A program made the translations under genes and the position numbers. This document shows positions 51,350-64,000 of a DNA stretch of 64,000 nt, piece after piece; the first letter of the stretch is position 1, and the number at the start of each line of letters is the position of its first letter. Location: NCBI GenBank assembly GCA_002269645.1, contig NIVC01003266.1, positions 44,170 to 108,169 on the forward strand. Reading direction: 5' to 3'. The notes beneath the pieces are model-generated. The model searched no databases. It saw only the letters and a program-made list of their open reading frames with translations, and had not been told where the DNA came from. Origin of the DNA: Macrostomum lignano (lineage: Eukaryota).

Positions 51350-51436
51350 TTCTTAGTGTCTGTCTGTCTGTCTGTCTTTCTTAGTGTCTGTCTGTCTGTC
51401 TGTCTTAGTGTCTGTCTGTCTGTCTGTCTGTCTGAC

Positions 51437-51485
<49 letters not shown>

Positions 51486-51488
51486 TAG

Positions 51489-51557
<69 letters not shown>

Positions 51558-51560
51558 TAG

Positions 51561-51633
<73 letters not shown>

Positions 51634-51649
51634 TAGTGTCTGTCTGTCC

Positions 51650-51701
<52 letters not shown>

Positions 51702-51704
51702 TAG

Positions 51705-51757
<53 letters not shown>

Positions 51758-53882
51758 TAGTGTCTGTCTGTCCGTCTGTCTTAGTGTCTGTAAGAATTTT
51801 CATCGCTGGCCTGTCGCGCGGATCTGGAACTGCAGAGACTCACAGTTTAAAGACAAACGTGGCGAGCACAACCGCCAGCAGGACCAGCAGACTTGTCACC
51901 AGGATGACCAGAAAAATTACTGCAAAGTGATATGTAGTTTTTCCACATTAGCTTGATCTAGTCAGTGCCAAAAAGACGCGCAGGTTACTAATCTAGCTCG
52001 TAGAAGATAAATCTGCAACCGGGGGAGCTGAGAGCTGGGAAATGATTGTCTAAATTGCATCACGGAAAAAACCAGCTTCATCAACTGAGGTTTCCGCTCC
52101 AATGCGCTCTGATTTGCTCTGCTCCAAAGCACAAAAATGAATCGGAAATCTTCTATCAGGTCGAGCGATGTTTTGCTCTCAATTTCCTAATTTACTGCTC
52201 TGTTGCTCAGAGAGTTTTCTGCGAAAGAGTCATCTGGTAGGTTCCATCAGTTCTACAGTATTTTTGCTTTATAGCTAGGGTCACTCTGTGGGACACCCGC
52301 TGTCTCCTTAGGTCACTCTGTCGGACACCCGCTGTCTCCTTGGGTCACTCTGTGGGACACCCGCTGTCTCCTTGGGTCACTGCGACACCTACTGTCTCCT
52401 TGGGTCACTCTGTGGGACACCCGCTGTCTCATTGGGGTCACTCTATGGGACACCCGCTGTCTCCACTGGTGTCATGCTCACCAACACTATCGCCGTATCC
52501 GGAGAATCGCCCAGTGGACGCCACACCATCCCGATAGTTGACCAACACGCTGCCTCTGCCTCCACCGTCGCCGATGCCATCGGCCCAGGCGCCTTTGCTG
52601 CTTTGCGAAGTGGTTCCGCCGACGAGAACAACAGCCGGAGAGGCTGCCGATCCTGCCGTTGTCGTCTCGATCGACTTCGATCTCGCAGCTGGGCTCTCCG
52701 GTATCAATGGTGTCGCTTCGTAGTAAAGCCAGAACCCCGTGTAGCCCACACCAGCCACCAGGCCGGTGGTCAGCGACACACGGACCTCCGGGCCATCGGC
52801 CAGCATGGCTGACTCCATACGACGCTGGCCGCAGCGTCTCCAAACTTGAGGCGCATGCTGGACGGATTGACCGCTGTCAACCAACGTCAGACTGCTGTTG
52901 CAGTCGAGATCCAGGCTGTGCAGTGTTAAGCGAATCTTCTGTCGCTTGGGAGCACCGCTAGCATCAGTGAACAATGGCAAGCTGATCGTCAGGGTGCAGT
53001 TAAGTCCCGCCGGATATGCTTCCGGATAAGCCGGACTGATCACGTGACCCAACTGGCCAACCAACCGTCCGGTCTTGCAGACGTCGTGCAGTTCCTTAGC
53101 CGACACGCAGTCGTACACAGCCTGGTAGTAGGTCGGCCTGACCGGCTTCTGGCAGGCTCCGCTGGGCGCGATCGGGCCCGAGCTGCGCACGCTGGTGACG
53201 CAGTCGGTGAGACCGTTGCACACCCGGTTGAGACTGGCGTCCATGCGAAAGCAGTTGCCGCGGATGTGCCGGCAGTGGCCGCCAGTCCCAGCGCCAAAAA
53301 AGGAATGCTGGATGTGAATTCGCTGGCCGGGCGGGCAGCTCAGCTGAACTGGTGTTGTTGGCATGAATTTTGAATCGCCTACAGAGAAACTGCTGCTGTG
53401 GTCTTCCTCCAGACAGGTGGACATCACCGTGTGTTTGACGTCGCCCGCTGAAAATTTTGTCAATGGCAACGGGGGATCACTCAGAATAGTAGAGCATAAG
53501 AAGGATGGATAAATGAGCAGAGCAGCCACGCGACCATGCATGGTTTGATTCCGTACAAAACCGCATTCGTTTGGGCTTGTGTGCCCGGGGGTTGTCGCAC
53601 GATTCACACACATCAGGGCCAACCCCGAAGGCACAGAGAGGTGTACATGCCTGACGATTAGAAAGTCTGGGCCGCTGTACAATTGCCTCATAAGCGAGTG
53701 GTTGGTTGTGGGACGATGTCGCCGAAGGCGTTGGGCCAGGGTGGCCAGCAGCCTCGTGCGAATATTTATTTCAGATAAAGGCGGGCTGAATGCTTACCTG
53801 CCGAAACTGAAAGCACCAACTGGACGAGTGACAGTAGCAACGGCCACAGCAACTGCAGCAGATTTATTTGATGATGAAGCAT
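50650..53882 (-). CDS. Type I membrane protein: signal peptide, SUEL/galactose-lectin-like domain, CUB domain, stalk, TM helix, cytoplasmic tail; about 531 aa, 4 exons
   Basis: Exons 53882-53798 ([28 protein letters not shown]), 53447-52482 ([17 protein letters not shown]...CNGLTDC...YYQAVYDC; [22 protein letters not shown]...GFWLYYEA), 51919-51844 ([24 protein letters not shown]) and 51118-50650 total 1596 nt in frame. Confidence 0.85.
51160..51790. repeat. (CTGT)n microsatellite with ttag interruptions (intron)
   Basis: Visible run. Confidence 0.97.
52278..52462. repeat. 32-bp minisatellite (gggtcactctgtgggacacccgctgtctcctt) in an intron
   Basis: About 6 units. Confidence 0.9.
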
Positions 53883-56020
53883 TGCCTGCCGTTGTCTGGA
53901 TTTTTCCTGGCAGATATTTTTTTCACGCCTCCTCCTTCCAGGGCCAATTTGAAAGTTGACGCGGTCGGGGCGAAGTTGACGTGGCTGATCTGTTTTTTTC
54001 CTTTTGGTGAGCCTCGGTGCCCTGAGGAGCGGCTCGGCCTGGGGAGAAAAAAATACAAAACAGAGGCTTAAGTAGGGGAAGAGAGGGTAAAGTTTTTTGT
54101 CCACAAACGCTGAGTGAAATGGGAGAGACTTAAAAAGAGAGAGAGGAAGAGAGAGGGCGAGCGAGGGCGATACGGTGCAAAAATAGCCGCTAAAATGGAG
54201 AAAAATGACGGGCCAAAGGCAGCTTGTTGAGGCCTGTGACAAGCGGCAGTGCGCCTGCGGTGGCGAATGGGAAAAGGCTGCATATGAAATCGGAGGCCGC
54301 CGCAAAAAAATAGTCTTCTTGCCTGCGCGTCTTAAGAAAGAGGTGCCATTGCCGGCCATTTTTCTTTGGCAATATTCTCGAGGAAATTGGCTCGGCGCAG
54401 CTGGGCTGAAGAGGAGGTGAAGCTAAATGGAAGATGTCAGCAATTATTGGGGCAGCGGATGGAACATCGCCATGCCGGAATCGCCCCCTCCCCCCCCCCA
54501 GCCCGATGGCGCCCAAGTCTATGTCAAGCTCATCAGAGGAACGTCATCGAGACATTGCCGCCAATTCCTGCGCTTGTTTGCTGCAGTCTCCCTCTTTATC
54601 CGGCTGCCATCTGCGATCTGTTCCAGCCTCTCTCGATTCCCCTGCGTCTTCGTGTCGCGATCGACCTGCCCATTTTTTTCAACAGAAAAATTTGCAATCG
54701 TCTCTCCGCATACTTGAAGGGATGCGTGAAATTTAATCTGGGACGACCTGATGGCGATCGCGGCTGATCGGAGTTCCGCTCGGCTGCAGCTGCTTTCAAT
54801 AATTCAGACCCCCGGGGATCGCTTCGATGCTCAGAACAAGGAATCCTTGATGCAGAGAACAGACGGCCCACTAAACCCCACCTGGCCAAAGCAATTATCT
54901 GCTTCGGATTTCGAATATCTTCGACAATCGCTTAATCCCACTGATAAGTAGGAAAATACCTGCATATTGACTTCGGTCTCCTATTTCCTGAATTCAGCTT
55001 TTCTAACTGGAATCGGCGTTGCCTTACCTGCAATTCGATGCGTTTGTTGTACCTTCTTGCACTTCGGGCAGCACGAACTCAAAGAGGAAGAAAGAAGGCG
55101 ACCGATGGCGCTCTTGTGAGCTCAGAGCAATCCTGTATTATAGTCCTGCTGGGCTCAAGGTGGACGCAGCTGGGACACGGGGAGCAAGGGATGCGGCTAG
55201 CGAAGCAAAGCATCACGGCCCGGGGAGACGATGAGGCACCACTAAATTTCCAGGGGGGGGGGGGGCTGCGAACCCCGATTTTCCAGTCCGTCGGTCGTCG
55301 CCACCTCCGCACCGACCGAGTAGCCGGCCCCGCAGTTCGTCACCGCGCAAATCCCTTTTGCCTCCTTCATAAACGGATTGGCTCGAGTTACTCAGCTCTA
55401 GCAAGGCGACTCTGCAGGTTGTCAGCGCGTCACACGGGCAGGCCCTCTAATTAGTGTCGGACTCGGAAAATGAGCTGACTTCATCAATCGCCGAGGCGCC
55501 TGTGTCCCCAACATGGTTTGGGGGGGATTGACGAATTTCTGCATAGTTGGGCGATCGCGCGTGGCTTGCATTACCCTGCAGCCGTCTGATTTTTGTAATA
55601 TTTGTGTAACACGCTACTGATAGTAAAGCGAGTTGTGTTTTAAAAACGAGCTAGCAAGGAGTAAAAGCAAACAGTCTTCGATCGTTTTTATGAAATGAAA
55701 TTTCTTTCAGTGAAATGTAGATGACTCCCTTGCTCAAAATTTACAGCGCAAAGGAGCTACAGTTACATGCTAAATTCTGTGATTCACCTGTATTATTATT
55801 TCTAATACATGTAGCCCTCAAATAAAACATAGAAGTATCAGAGAAAAAGAGCATCTAATAATTATTTTAACATTATTTAGTATGTTGATTAGTAAAAACT
55901 GCAGACTGAGAAATAGTTAATTCTTCGTAACTTTCGAGACACAGCTATATGTATCGAAAAGTGATAAAATGGACTAACAATTTGATGACGCTGCAGTGCA
56001 CATGTCTTTCTTTCCCCGAA

Positions 56021-56587
56021 TCAGCAAGACACGGCCGGCTCCGGCACTTGAATCAGAGCCAGGCGAGCTCGCCTGAGCAGACGCAGCGCCCAGCTTAGTT
56101 CGAAGTCGTCAGTAGCTGTCAGTGCGTCGTACGTAGCCAGGATGAGACTCGCCCGCTGCTCGCTTGCGATTCTCACCAGAGTTTCCACCCGGCTGCGGCC
56201 GAACGCGTGAATATAGCGGAACGCAGCGCAGTCGCGCGCTTTCAGCTGCTTCGCTAGGCGCTCCTCGCGTCGGACAGACTCGGCCAGCTGCCGCTCCATG
56301 GTTGCCTCAATCGGCGAGACTGGCAACCGTTTGCGTCTCTCAGCATCGGCCTCGTTGTCTGCTACAGTGGTCTCGATCGACCACTCGCTGCCCCCACCGT
56401 TCAGACCGTCCACGCAGCCGCTGTCCGCATCGGGAGCCAGCAGGTCCCGCAGCGTCGGCACCAGAACGCTGACGAACACGAGACGGTCCCCAGCTCGCTT
56501 CAAATTGGCGGCGTACCAGTCGGCGATGTGCAAGTTCGTGTCTAGGCTGGGAACCACCGGTACCAGGATGGACCGTTCGACGCTCAT
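56021..56587 (-). CDS. Universal stress protein (USP)-domain protein, intronless, 188 aa
   Basis: MSVERSILVPV...ADWYAANLKRAGDRLVFVSV and GRSRVETLVRIASEQRASLILAT...LLRRARLALIQVP follow the USP pattern (RxILVxVD, WY...GDxLxxxHV, IxRxAxExxAxLIV, VLVVP). Confidence 0.72.
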   Translation of the reverse strand: MSVERSILVPVVPSLDTNLHIADWYAANLKRAGDRLVFVSVLVPTLRDLLAPDADSGCVDGLNGGGSEWSIETTVADNEADAERRKRLPVSPIEATMERQLAESVRREERLAKQLKARDCAAFRYIHAFGRSRVETLVRIASEQRASLILATYDALTATDDFELSWALRLLRRARLALIQVPEPAVSC

Positions 56588-57464
56588 CTTCAGCTCCCAA
56601 CCCGGACTTCTCCGTCGCGTTTTCGCGTTAAAATTTTCAAGATTCGCCCTCGGGTTATCCAGGTCTTTACGCTGCGTCTGCACTGAAATATAACTGTCGC
56701 ACCGCACGGTAGGACAGTCTGCGCCTGTCAGTCACGTTCTGTCAGTCACGTGGTCGCCAATTGACAGACAAGCGAACCGTCTTGGCGAACAAGGGGGGGG
56801 CTGTTCAGAAGCTGACAAGGGACAAAGTGCGCTAAGATCTTGAACCTTTATTTATGCAGACTATTGACCCTCTTTGGCTGTCTTCCACTGATGAAGCTGT
56901 TATATAGCTTTCTCATGCCTGTCCAATGCTAAATTTGGACTAGTACAGAATCTTGCCATGTACTGTGTTCACGAGTGGAAGCAATATTTGCCAAAAGCAG
57001 GCGCTCGATTCCGGTACACATAAGTCTCTGCCTCTGCATGCACAACAAGCGATTTCGCATTCTGCAGGGGGTCCGTTCACCAGTGCAGATGCATCAGAGA
57101 ATTTGACCGAGAATTTGCTACTGAGGACTGAAGGCGACCTCTTTTTTGTCTGGATCGCCGTCAGCTGCTGCGATATGCGATATGCCTTTTGGCACATTTG
57201 GTGCTGCATCTTTTTAAAGTGTTTCTCTTGTGCCATTTCTTTGTCTTTCTGTCGGTTGCCGAAGTGGCGGGTCGGTGCGAGTGTGTTTTCTTGTAAATGG
57301 GTCTGGCGGAGTCACGTGAGTTGAATTCTATTTGGTGTTATAATCACTAATGAATTCTTGGGCATCTAATTTTCATGTAGACAAATGGATTTGCCTTTAT
57401 CCTACGCTAGTTAAACTATTTGATTCTCTCTCATTTAGTTCTTCAGAGGGTCCCAACTGCCTCA

Positions 57465-57850
57465 ATGCCAATGGTCCTTTGGAGGGTGCCAGTGCCCAAG
57501 ATGGTCCTTTGGAGGGTGCCAGTGCCCCCGATGGTCCTTTGGAGGGTGCCAGTGCCCCCGATGGTCCTTTGGAGGGTGCCAGTGCCCCCGATGGTCCTTT
57601 GGAGGGTGCCATCGCCCCCAAATGGTCCTTTGGAGGGACAATTGCCCCTAATGGTCCTTTGGAGGTGGCCATTGCCCCCGATGGTCCTTTGGAGGGTACC
57701 ATTGTCCCCAATGGTCCTTTGGAGACAGGCCATTGCCTTAATGGTACTTTTGATTCGGAGTGCCATTGCCCCAAACCCAATGGTCCTTTGGAGTGTGCCA
57801 CTACCCCCAATAGTCCTTTGGATGGTGCCACTACCCCCAATGGTTCTTTG
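57465..57850. repeat. 30-bp minisatellite (gatggtcctttggagggtgccagtgccccc), degenerating to the right
   Basis: About 12 units. Confidence 0.92.
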
Positions 57851-58120
57851 GAGGGCTTTGTTCTTGGTGGGCGCCGCTACTAACAACACAGTTGGTCGAC
57901 AGGTCAATTGATGGGATACATCGATCCGATCTGCACTTATAGTACCTTTTTCCTTTGATGGGTGTTAATACGACCACTAGCTCAACGGCGATCCTTTTGG
58001 TGCAAGTTAGAAAGTCTTTCGGTATATTTTCAGTGCTTTCTGATCGGATAAAATAAAATCCGTGAGCAGTTTTTTAGCAAATTGCGTTTAAATTGCCCGC
58101 CAAAGTACAGAGTCGGGCAA

Positions 58121-58200
58121 GGTAGCGTGGCCGAGTGGTCTAAGGCGCTGGATTTAGGCTCCAGTCCGAAAGGGCGTGGGTTCGAATCCCACCGCTGCCA
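58121..58200 (+). tRNA. tRNA-Leu(TAG): tRNA-Leu, anticodon TAG
   Basis: ggtagcg/cgctgcc acceptor stem, D arm tggccgagtggtctaaggc, anticodon stem ctgga/tccag with loop ttTAGgc, variable arm, T arm ggttcgaatcc, then a T5 Pol III terminator at about 58206. Confidence 0.97.
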
Positions 58201-59289
58201 AATATATTTTGACATCCTTACGTCGCAGTTTCTGGTCATATTTTTGTAAATAGCATTTTCAAATTTATATTTGCATTTTAATTTATCTCTTCGTGACATA
58301 ACTTTTATCTTGATTATAACATGATTTATTATTATAACTGTTTTTGAATTTTTGCGCGTAAATTCTTCAGCGATCGAAAATTCTACCTTAATGTCTAATG
58401 GAAAAGTACCTACTTACAGTAGACAGTATAGAATATTTAGCCAACATTCGATACAAATACTGAAATAGTTATAATTGGTCATCTAATTTTATGTTAGAGA
58501 TGTTAGAAAATAAAAATTGTCCGCTACAGTGATGAAATGACCATACAAAATGTGTATGTGATATTTGTGCTATCATGATAAGTTAATAAGTTAATATTTA
58601 AATAAGTCAAATTCTACAAAAATCTAAATTTTTCAATTGTACAAAGTTCTTAGAAGTCTTATTTCTTGTCTATCCTAAGCTGTCTATTTCTATCTATCAA
58701 TTTTATGTTTTCTTTGTTTGTTTATGCCCGAGCGATTTTTGCGTATGCATTCGATTTGTCTGCATTGCATTTTTTCTCTGCATTATGTGAATTTCGATAC
58801 ATATCGCCTACTCATTTCTATTAAATTTTGTGGTAAAATTTTGTCATCGTAAAATTTGTCCTAAAAAGTTCTCCATTTTTCGATTTTTTGAGCTAAGAAT
58901 CTGTATGCACATGTATGAATTTATTGTTTCTCACGATAAACCACGAGTATACTGAAATGTTTTTTCTCAAATATTATTATATATGGAATTCTCTTCGAAT
59001 TTAGTGGCTTTTCTTTAGTTTCAGCATATTATTTTTAGTATATAGGATTGATACTGTACTAAAACACTATAGATTTTTTAATAATCAATACTCCTATCTC
59101 CCTCTCTCTCTAAGTCTTCTATCTTTCTACTCACTTATCTCCTCTCTCCTCTATCTACTCTTTTACCCCTGTACTCTATTTAATCTCTAATCTCACTAAT
59201 ATCTACTCGACTACTCTCCCCATCCCATATCTACTTAGCCCCAAAATCTGGAATGCGTTGGAGCGACTTAGCAAGATCAGATCAAAAAG

Positions 59290-59530
59290 ATTTTGTCAAG
59301 GCAGCCGCCGGATCGCATTGGAAGGTCAACAAAGAAGCAAAGCGCGGCCGATAAGAAACTCCGGCGCCCAAACCAGCAAAAATGTCAAACTCGCCGCTGC
59401 CAAAACTTTCGCGTCGGCGATTCGGTTGTAAAAACCGTTGGTTGTGGTTGTAAAAGCTCTCGCCAAGCAACAGGCGCGCACACGATTCCTGTAAAATATA
59501 CCGTAGATCCAAATACCTGCGCCAGGTGAG
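59290..59530 (+). mobile_element. Possible Ty3/gypsy integrase C-terminal (GPY/F) relic
   Basis: QNFRVGDSVVK...(KLSP in the adjacent frame)...TGAHTI...VDPNT resembles FxVGDxV...KLxPxWxGPYxV; short and degenerate. Confidence 0.35.
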
Positions 59531-59658
59531 TGGGGGGAACTTTCTCGAAGTCTGCCGACTGCGGCGGGGTTTTAACTTGTATGGCTTTGTGAGCCTTGAT
59601 CCCTGGCATTTTCTTCGGGCAAATTTGGGATCCGGGATGCCTGTGAGTCACCCAGCCT

Positions 59659-60056
<398 letters not shown>

Positions 60057-60714
60057 CATAATGGTGGAATGGGAGACAAAGGTGGCAGTGCAGAGAATCA
60101 GAAGCTCCCCTCTTTATTCACGCATCCCTTTAGCACCCTCGCGACCCCGCCTGCCCTTTGCAAGAAGGCTAATTAGATCGCCACCCCTCTCCAGAGTCTC
60201 CGGGGCTTCCTTCGATATGCAGGGCGGGTTTAGCCAGTGCAAACTGCGAATGGAGGCCGCACCCTTATGGCACGGTTTGATATTGAAAACTGGGGCCTTG
60301 TGGAAGCGTGGCAGGCCAGGCTGCGCTGTCTGGGCTGATGGGGATTGCGGGGACATAAAAATTCAGAACGCTCCGGGATTCAAACAAAGGTTGGTCGGGT
60401 TTAAGAGGCTTCTGGAGCCTCTGGGAAACTGAGCTTTGGATAGGGGTACAGGAAGGGGTGGAAGTGGTAGGGGATTCGAAGGAATCGCTGGAATCAGTCA
60501 GTAGATAGCAATAAAACTCGACTTCTGTAGGCTTAAACAGAAGGAAGAAGCCAAGGTTATCCCCACCTAACAGGGCCTCGATCTGGATAAGTCTGGAGTC
60601 CTTGCTGGATTTCTAGACAAATTTTAATTCAAAATTTTGCAAATGCTTCATATAATAGTAGTGGCTCCAGCTAGCTAGAAATACATGTGATATGTTAAGT
60701 ACTCACCCACCCAA

Positions 60715-63700
60715 AGTGCCCACTTTGGAGGACAGAGTGTGCCCCCCAAAGACAGTCAATGTGCCCCCCCTTAAGGACAGTCAGTGTGCCCCCAAAGACA
60801 GTCAGTGCCCCCCCAAAGACAGTTAGTGCCCCCCAAAGACAGTCAGTGCCCCCAAAGACAGTCAGTGCCCCCCCCAAAGACAGTTAGTGCCCCCCCAAAG
60901 ACAGTCAGTGCCCCCCAAAGACAGTCAGTGCCCCCCCCGAAAGACAGTCAGTGCCCCCCCAAAGACAGTCAGTGTGCCCCCTCAAAGACAGTCAGTGCCC
61001 CCCCCAAAGACAGTCAGTGTGCCCCCTCAAAGACAGTCAGTGCCCCCCCAAAGACAGTCAGTGCCCCCCCAAAGGCAGTCAGTGTGCCCCCCTCAAAGAC
61101 AGTCAGTGCCCCCCCCAAAGACAGTCAGTGCCCCCAAAGGCAGTCAGTGTACCCCCCCCCCCAAAGACAGTCGGTGTGCCCCCCCCCCAAAGACAGTCGG
61201 TGTGCCTCCCCCCCCAAAGACAGTCGGTGTGCCCCCCCCCAAAGACAGTCGGTGTGCCCCCCCCCAAAGACAGTCGGTGTGCCCCCCCCCAAAGACAGTC
61301 GGTGTGCCCCCCCCCAAAGACAGTCGGTGTGCCCCCCCCCAAAGACAGTCGGTGTGCCCCCCCCCAAAGACAGTCGGTGTGCCTCCCCCCCCAAAGACAG
61401 TCGGTGTGCCCCCCCCCAAAGACAGTCGGTGTGCCCCCCCCCAAAGACAGTCGGTGTGCCCCCCCCAAAGACAGTCGGTGTGCCCCCCCCAAAGACAGTC
61501 GGTGTGCCTCCCCCCCCAAAGACAGTCGGTGTGCCCCCCCCCCAAAGACAGTCGGTGTGCCCCCCCCCAAAGACAGTCGGTGTGCCCCCCCCAAAGACAG
61601 TCGGTGTGCCCCCCCCCCCAAAGACAGTCGGTGTGCCCCCCCCCTCAAAGACAGTCGGTGTGCCCCCCCCCCAAAGACAGTCGGTGTGCCCCCCCCAAAG
61701 ACAGTCGGTGTGCCCCCCCCCAAAGACAGTCGGTGTGCCCCCCCCAAAGACAGTCGGTGTGCCCCCCCAAAGACAGTCGTGTGCCCCCCCCCAAAGACAG
61801 TCGGTGTGCCCCCCCCCAAAGACAGTCGGTGTGCCCCCCCCCAAAGACAGTCGGTGTGCCCCCCCCAAAGACAGTCGGTGTGCCCCCCCCCAAAGACAGT
61901 CGGTGTGCCCCCCCCCAAAGACAGTCGGTGTGCCCCCCCCCAAAGACAGTCGGTGTGCCCCCCCCAAAGACAGTCGGTGTGCCTCCCCCCCCCAAAGACA
62001 GTCGGTGTGCCCCCCCCCAAAGACAGTCGGTGTGCCCCCCCCCCCAAAGACAGTCGGTGTGCCCCCCCCCAAAGACAGTCGGTGTGCCCCCCCCAAAGAC
62101 AGTCGGTGTGCCCCCCCCCAAAGACAGTCGGTGTGCCCCCCCCCCAAAGACAGTCGGTGTGCCCCCCCCCAAAGACAGTCGGTGTGCCCCCCCCAAAGAC
62201 AGTCGGTGTGCCCCCCCCAAAGACAGTCGGTGTGCCTCCCCCCCCAAAGACAGTCGGTGTGCCCCCCCCAAAGACAGTCGGTGTGCCCCCCCCCAAAGAC
62301 AGTCGGTGTGCCCCCCCCTCAAAGACAGTCGGTGTGCCCCCCCCCCAAAGACAGTCGGTGTGCCCCCCCCCAAAGACAGTCGGTGTGCCCCCCCCCCAAA
62401 GACAGTCGGTGTGCCCCCCCCAAAGACAGTCGGTGTGCCCCCCCCAAAGACAGTCGGTGTGCCCCCCCAAAGACAGTCGGTGTGCCCCCCCCAAAGACAG
62501 TCGGTGTGCCCCCCCCCCAAAGACAGTCGGTGTGCCCCCCCCAAAGACAGTCGGTGTGCCCCCCCCAAAGACAGTCGGTGTGCCCCCCCCCCCAAAGACA
62601 GTCGGTGTGCCCCCCCCCAAAGACAGTCGGTGTGCCCCCCCCCAAAGACAGTCGGTGTGCCCCCCCCCAAAGACAGTCGGTGTGCCCCCCCCAAAGACAG
62701 TCGGTGTGCCCCCCCCCAAAGACAGTCGGTGTGCCCCCCCCAAAGACAGTCGGTGTGCCCCCCCCAAAGACAGTCGGTGTGCCCCCCCCAAAGACAGTCG
62801 GTGTGCCCCCCCCAAAGACAGTCGGTGTGCCCCCCCCCAAAGACAGTCGGTGTGCCCCCCCCAAAGACAGTCGGTGTGCCCCCCCCCAAAGACAGTCGGT
62901 GTGCCCCCCCCAAAGACAGTCGGTGTGCCCCCCCCCAAAGACAGTCGGTGTGCCCCCCCCAAAGACAGTCGGTGTGCCCCCCCCAAAGACAGTCGGTGTG
63001 CCCCCCCCAAAGACAGTCGGTGTGCCCCCCCCAAAGACAGTCGGTGTGCCCCCCCCAAAGACAGTCGGTGTGCCCCCCCCAAAGACAGTCGGTGTGCCCC
63101 CCCCCCAAAGACAGTCGGTGTGCCCCCCCCAAAGACAGTCGGTGTGCCCCCCCCAAAGACAGTCGGTGTGCCCCCCCCCCAAAGACAGTCGGTGTGCCCC
63201 CCCCAAAGACAGTCGGTGTGCCCCCCCCAAAGACAGTCGGTGTGCCCCCCCCCAAAGACAGTCGGTGTGCCCCCCCCAAAGACAGTCGGTGTGCCCCCCC
63301 CCCAAAGACAGTCGTGTGCCCCCCCCAAAGACAGTCGGTGTGCCCCCCCCCAAAGACAGTCGGTGTGCCCCCCCCCAAAGACAGTCGGTGTGCCCCCCCC
63401 CAAAGACAGTCGGTGTGCCCCCCCCAAAGACAGTCGGTGTGCCCCCCCCCCCAAAGACAGTCGGTGTGCCCCCCCCAAAGACAGTCGGTGTGCCCCCCCA
63501 AAGACAGTCGGTGTGCCCCCCCCCAAAGACAGTCGGTGTGCCCCCCCCAAAGACAGTCGGTGTGCCCCCCCCAAAGACAGTCGGTGTGCCCCCCCAAAGA
63601 CAGTCGGTGTGCCCCCCCCCAAAGACAGTCGGTGTGCCCCCCCCAAAGACAGTCGGTGTGCCCCCCCAAAGACAGTCGGTGTGCCCCCCCAAAGACAGTC

Positions 63701-64000
63701 GGTGTGCCCCCCCAAAGACAGTCGGTGTGCCCCCCCCAAAGACAGTCGGTGTGCCCCCCCCAAAGACAGTCGGTGTGCCCCCCAAAGACAGTCGGTGTGC
63801 CCCCCCCAAAGACAGTCGGTGTGCCCCCCCCAAAGACAGTCGGTGTGCCCCCCAAAGACAGTCGGTGTGCCCCCCCAAAGACAGTCGGTGTGCCCCCCCC
63901 AAAGACAGTCGGTGTGCCCCCCCAAAGACAGTCGGTGTGCCCCCCCCAAAGACAGTCGGTGTGCCCCCCCAAAGACAGTCGGTGTGCCCCCCCCAAAGAC
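60715..64000. repeat. 23-27-bp C-rich minisatellite (aaagacagtcggtgtg plus C7-11), over 3.2 kb, runs off the window
   Basis: Over 100 units; source of the GGAHRLSLG ORFs. Confidence 0.98.

Noticed and set aside
54190-55460. Cluster of overlapping 60-140-aa ORFs upstream of the CUB gene
   Set aside because: GC-rich sequence with no recognisable domain; more likely 5' UTR or promoter DNA.
57350-57911. GPLEGASAPD repeat ORF as a collagen-like or structural protein
   Set aside because: It is a 30-bp minisatellite open on both strands, lacks Gly-X-Y periodicity and has no supporting exon context.
61103-63996. 948-aa and other Gly-rich ORFs
   Set aside because: Translations of the C-rich minisatellite, with frame hopping caused by variable C runs.

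Overview
Intron- and minisatellite-rich animal genomic DNA: GT-AG introns, GC-rich exons, a separate minisatellite in most introns and TTAGGG tracts. The style is consistent with a spiralian, possibly a flatworm such as Macrostomum (inference only). Genes reconstructed by hand: a short RPA1-like two-OB-fold gene divergent from a small CCHC zinc-knuckle/poly-Gln gene; three caspase-like genes, two of them paralogs with a non-canonical HACRG active site and one a long-prodomain QACRG gene; five in-frame exons of an SF3B3 fragment lacking both ends in this window; a TALE homeobox exon; a NUDT5-like 3' exon; a SUEL-lectin/CUB type I membrane protein; an intronless USP-domain gene; and tRNA-Leu(TAG). 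Mobile DNA: a 4.2-kb hAT element with TIRs and an 8-bp TSD inside a TTAGGG tract, MITE-like palindromes, Penelope-like and RNase H-bearing non-LTR relics, and tRNA-derived SINEs. The most notable signals are the caspase cluster with complementary active-site and linker features, a possible in-frame SF3B3-caspase fusion, and the RPA-like/zinc-knuckle cassette. All calls come from reading the sequence; no searches were run.
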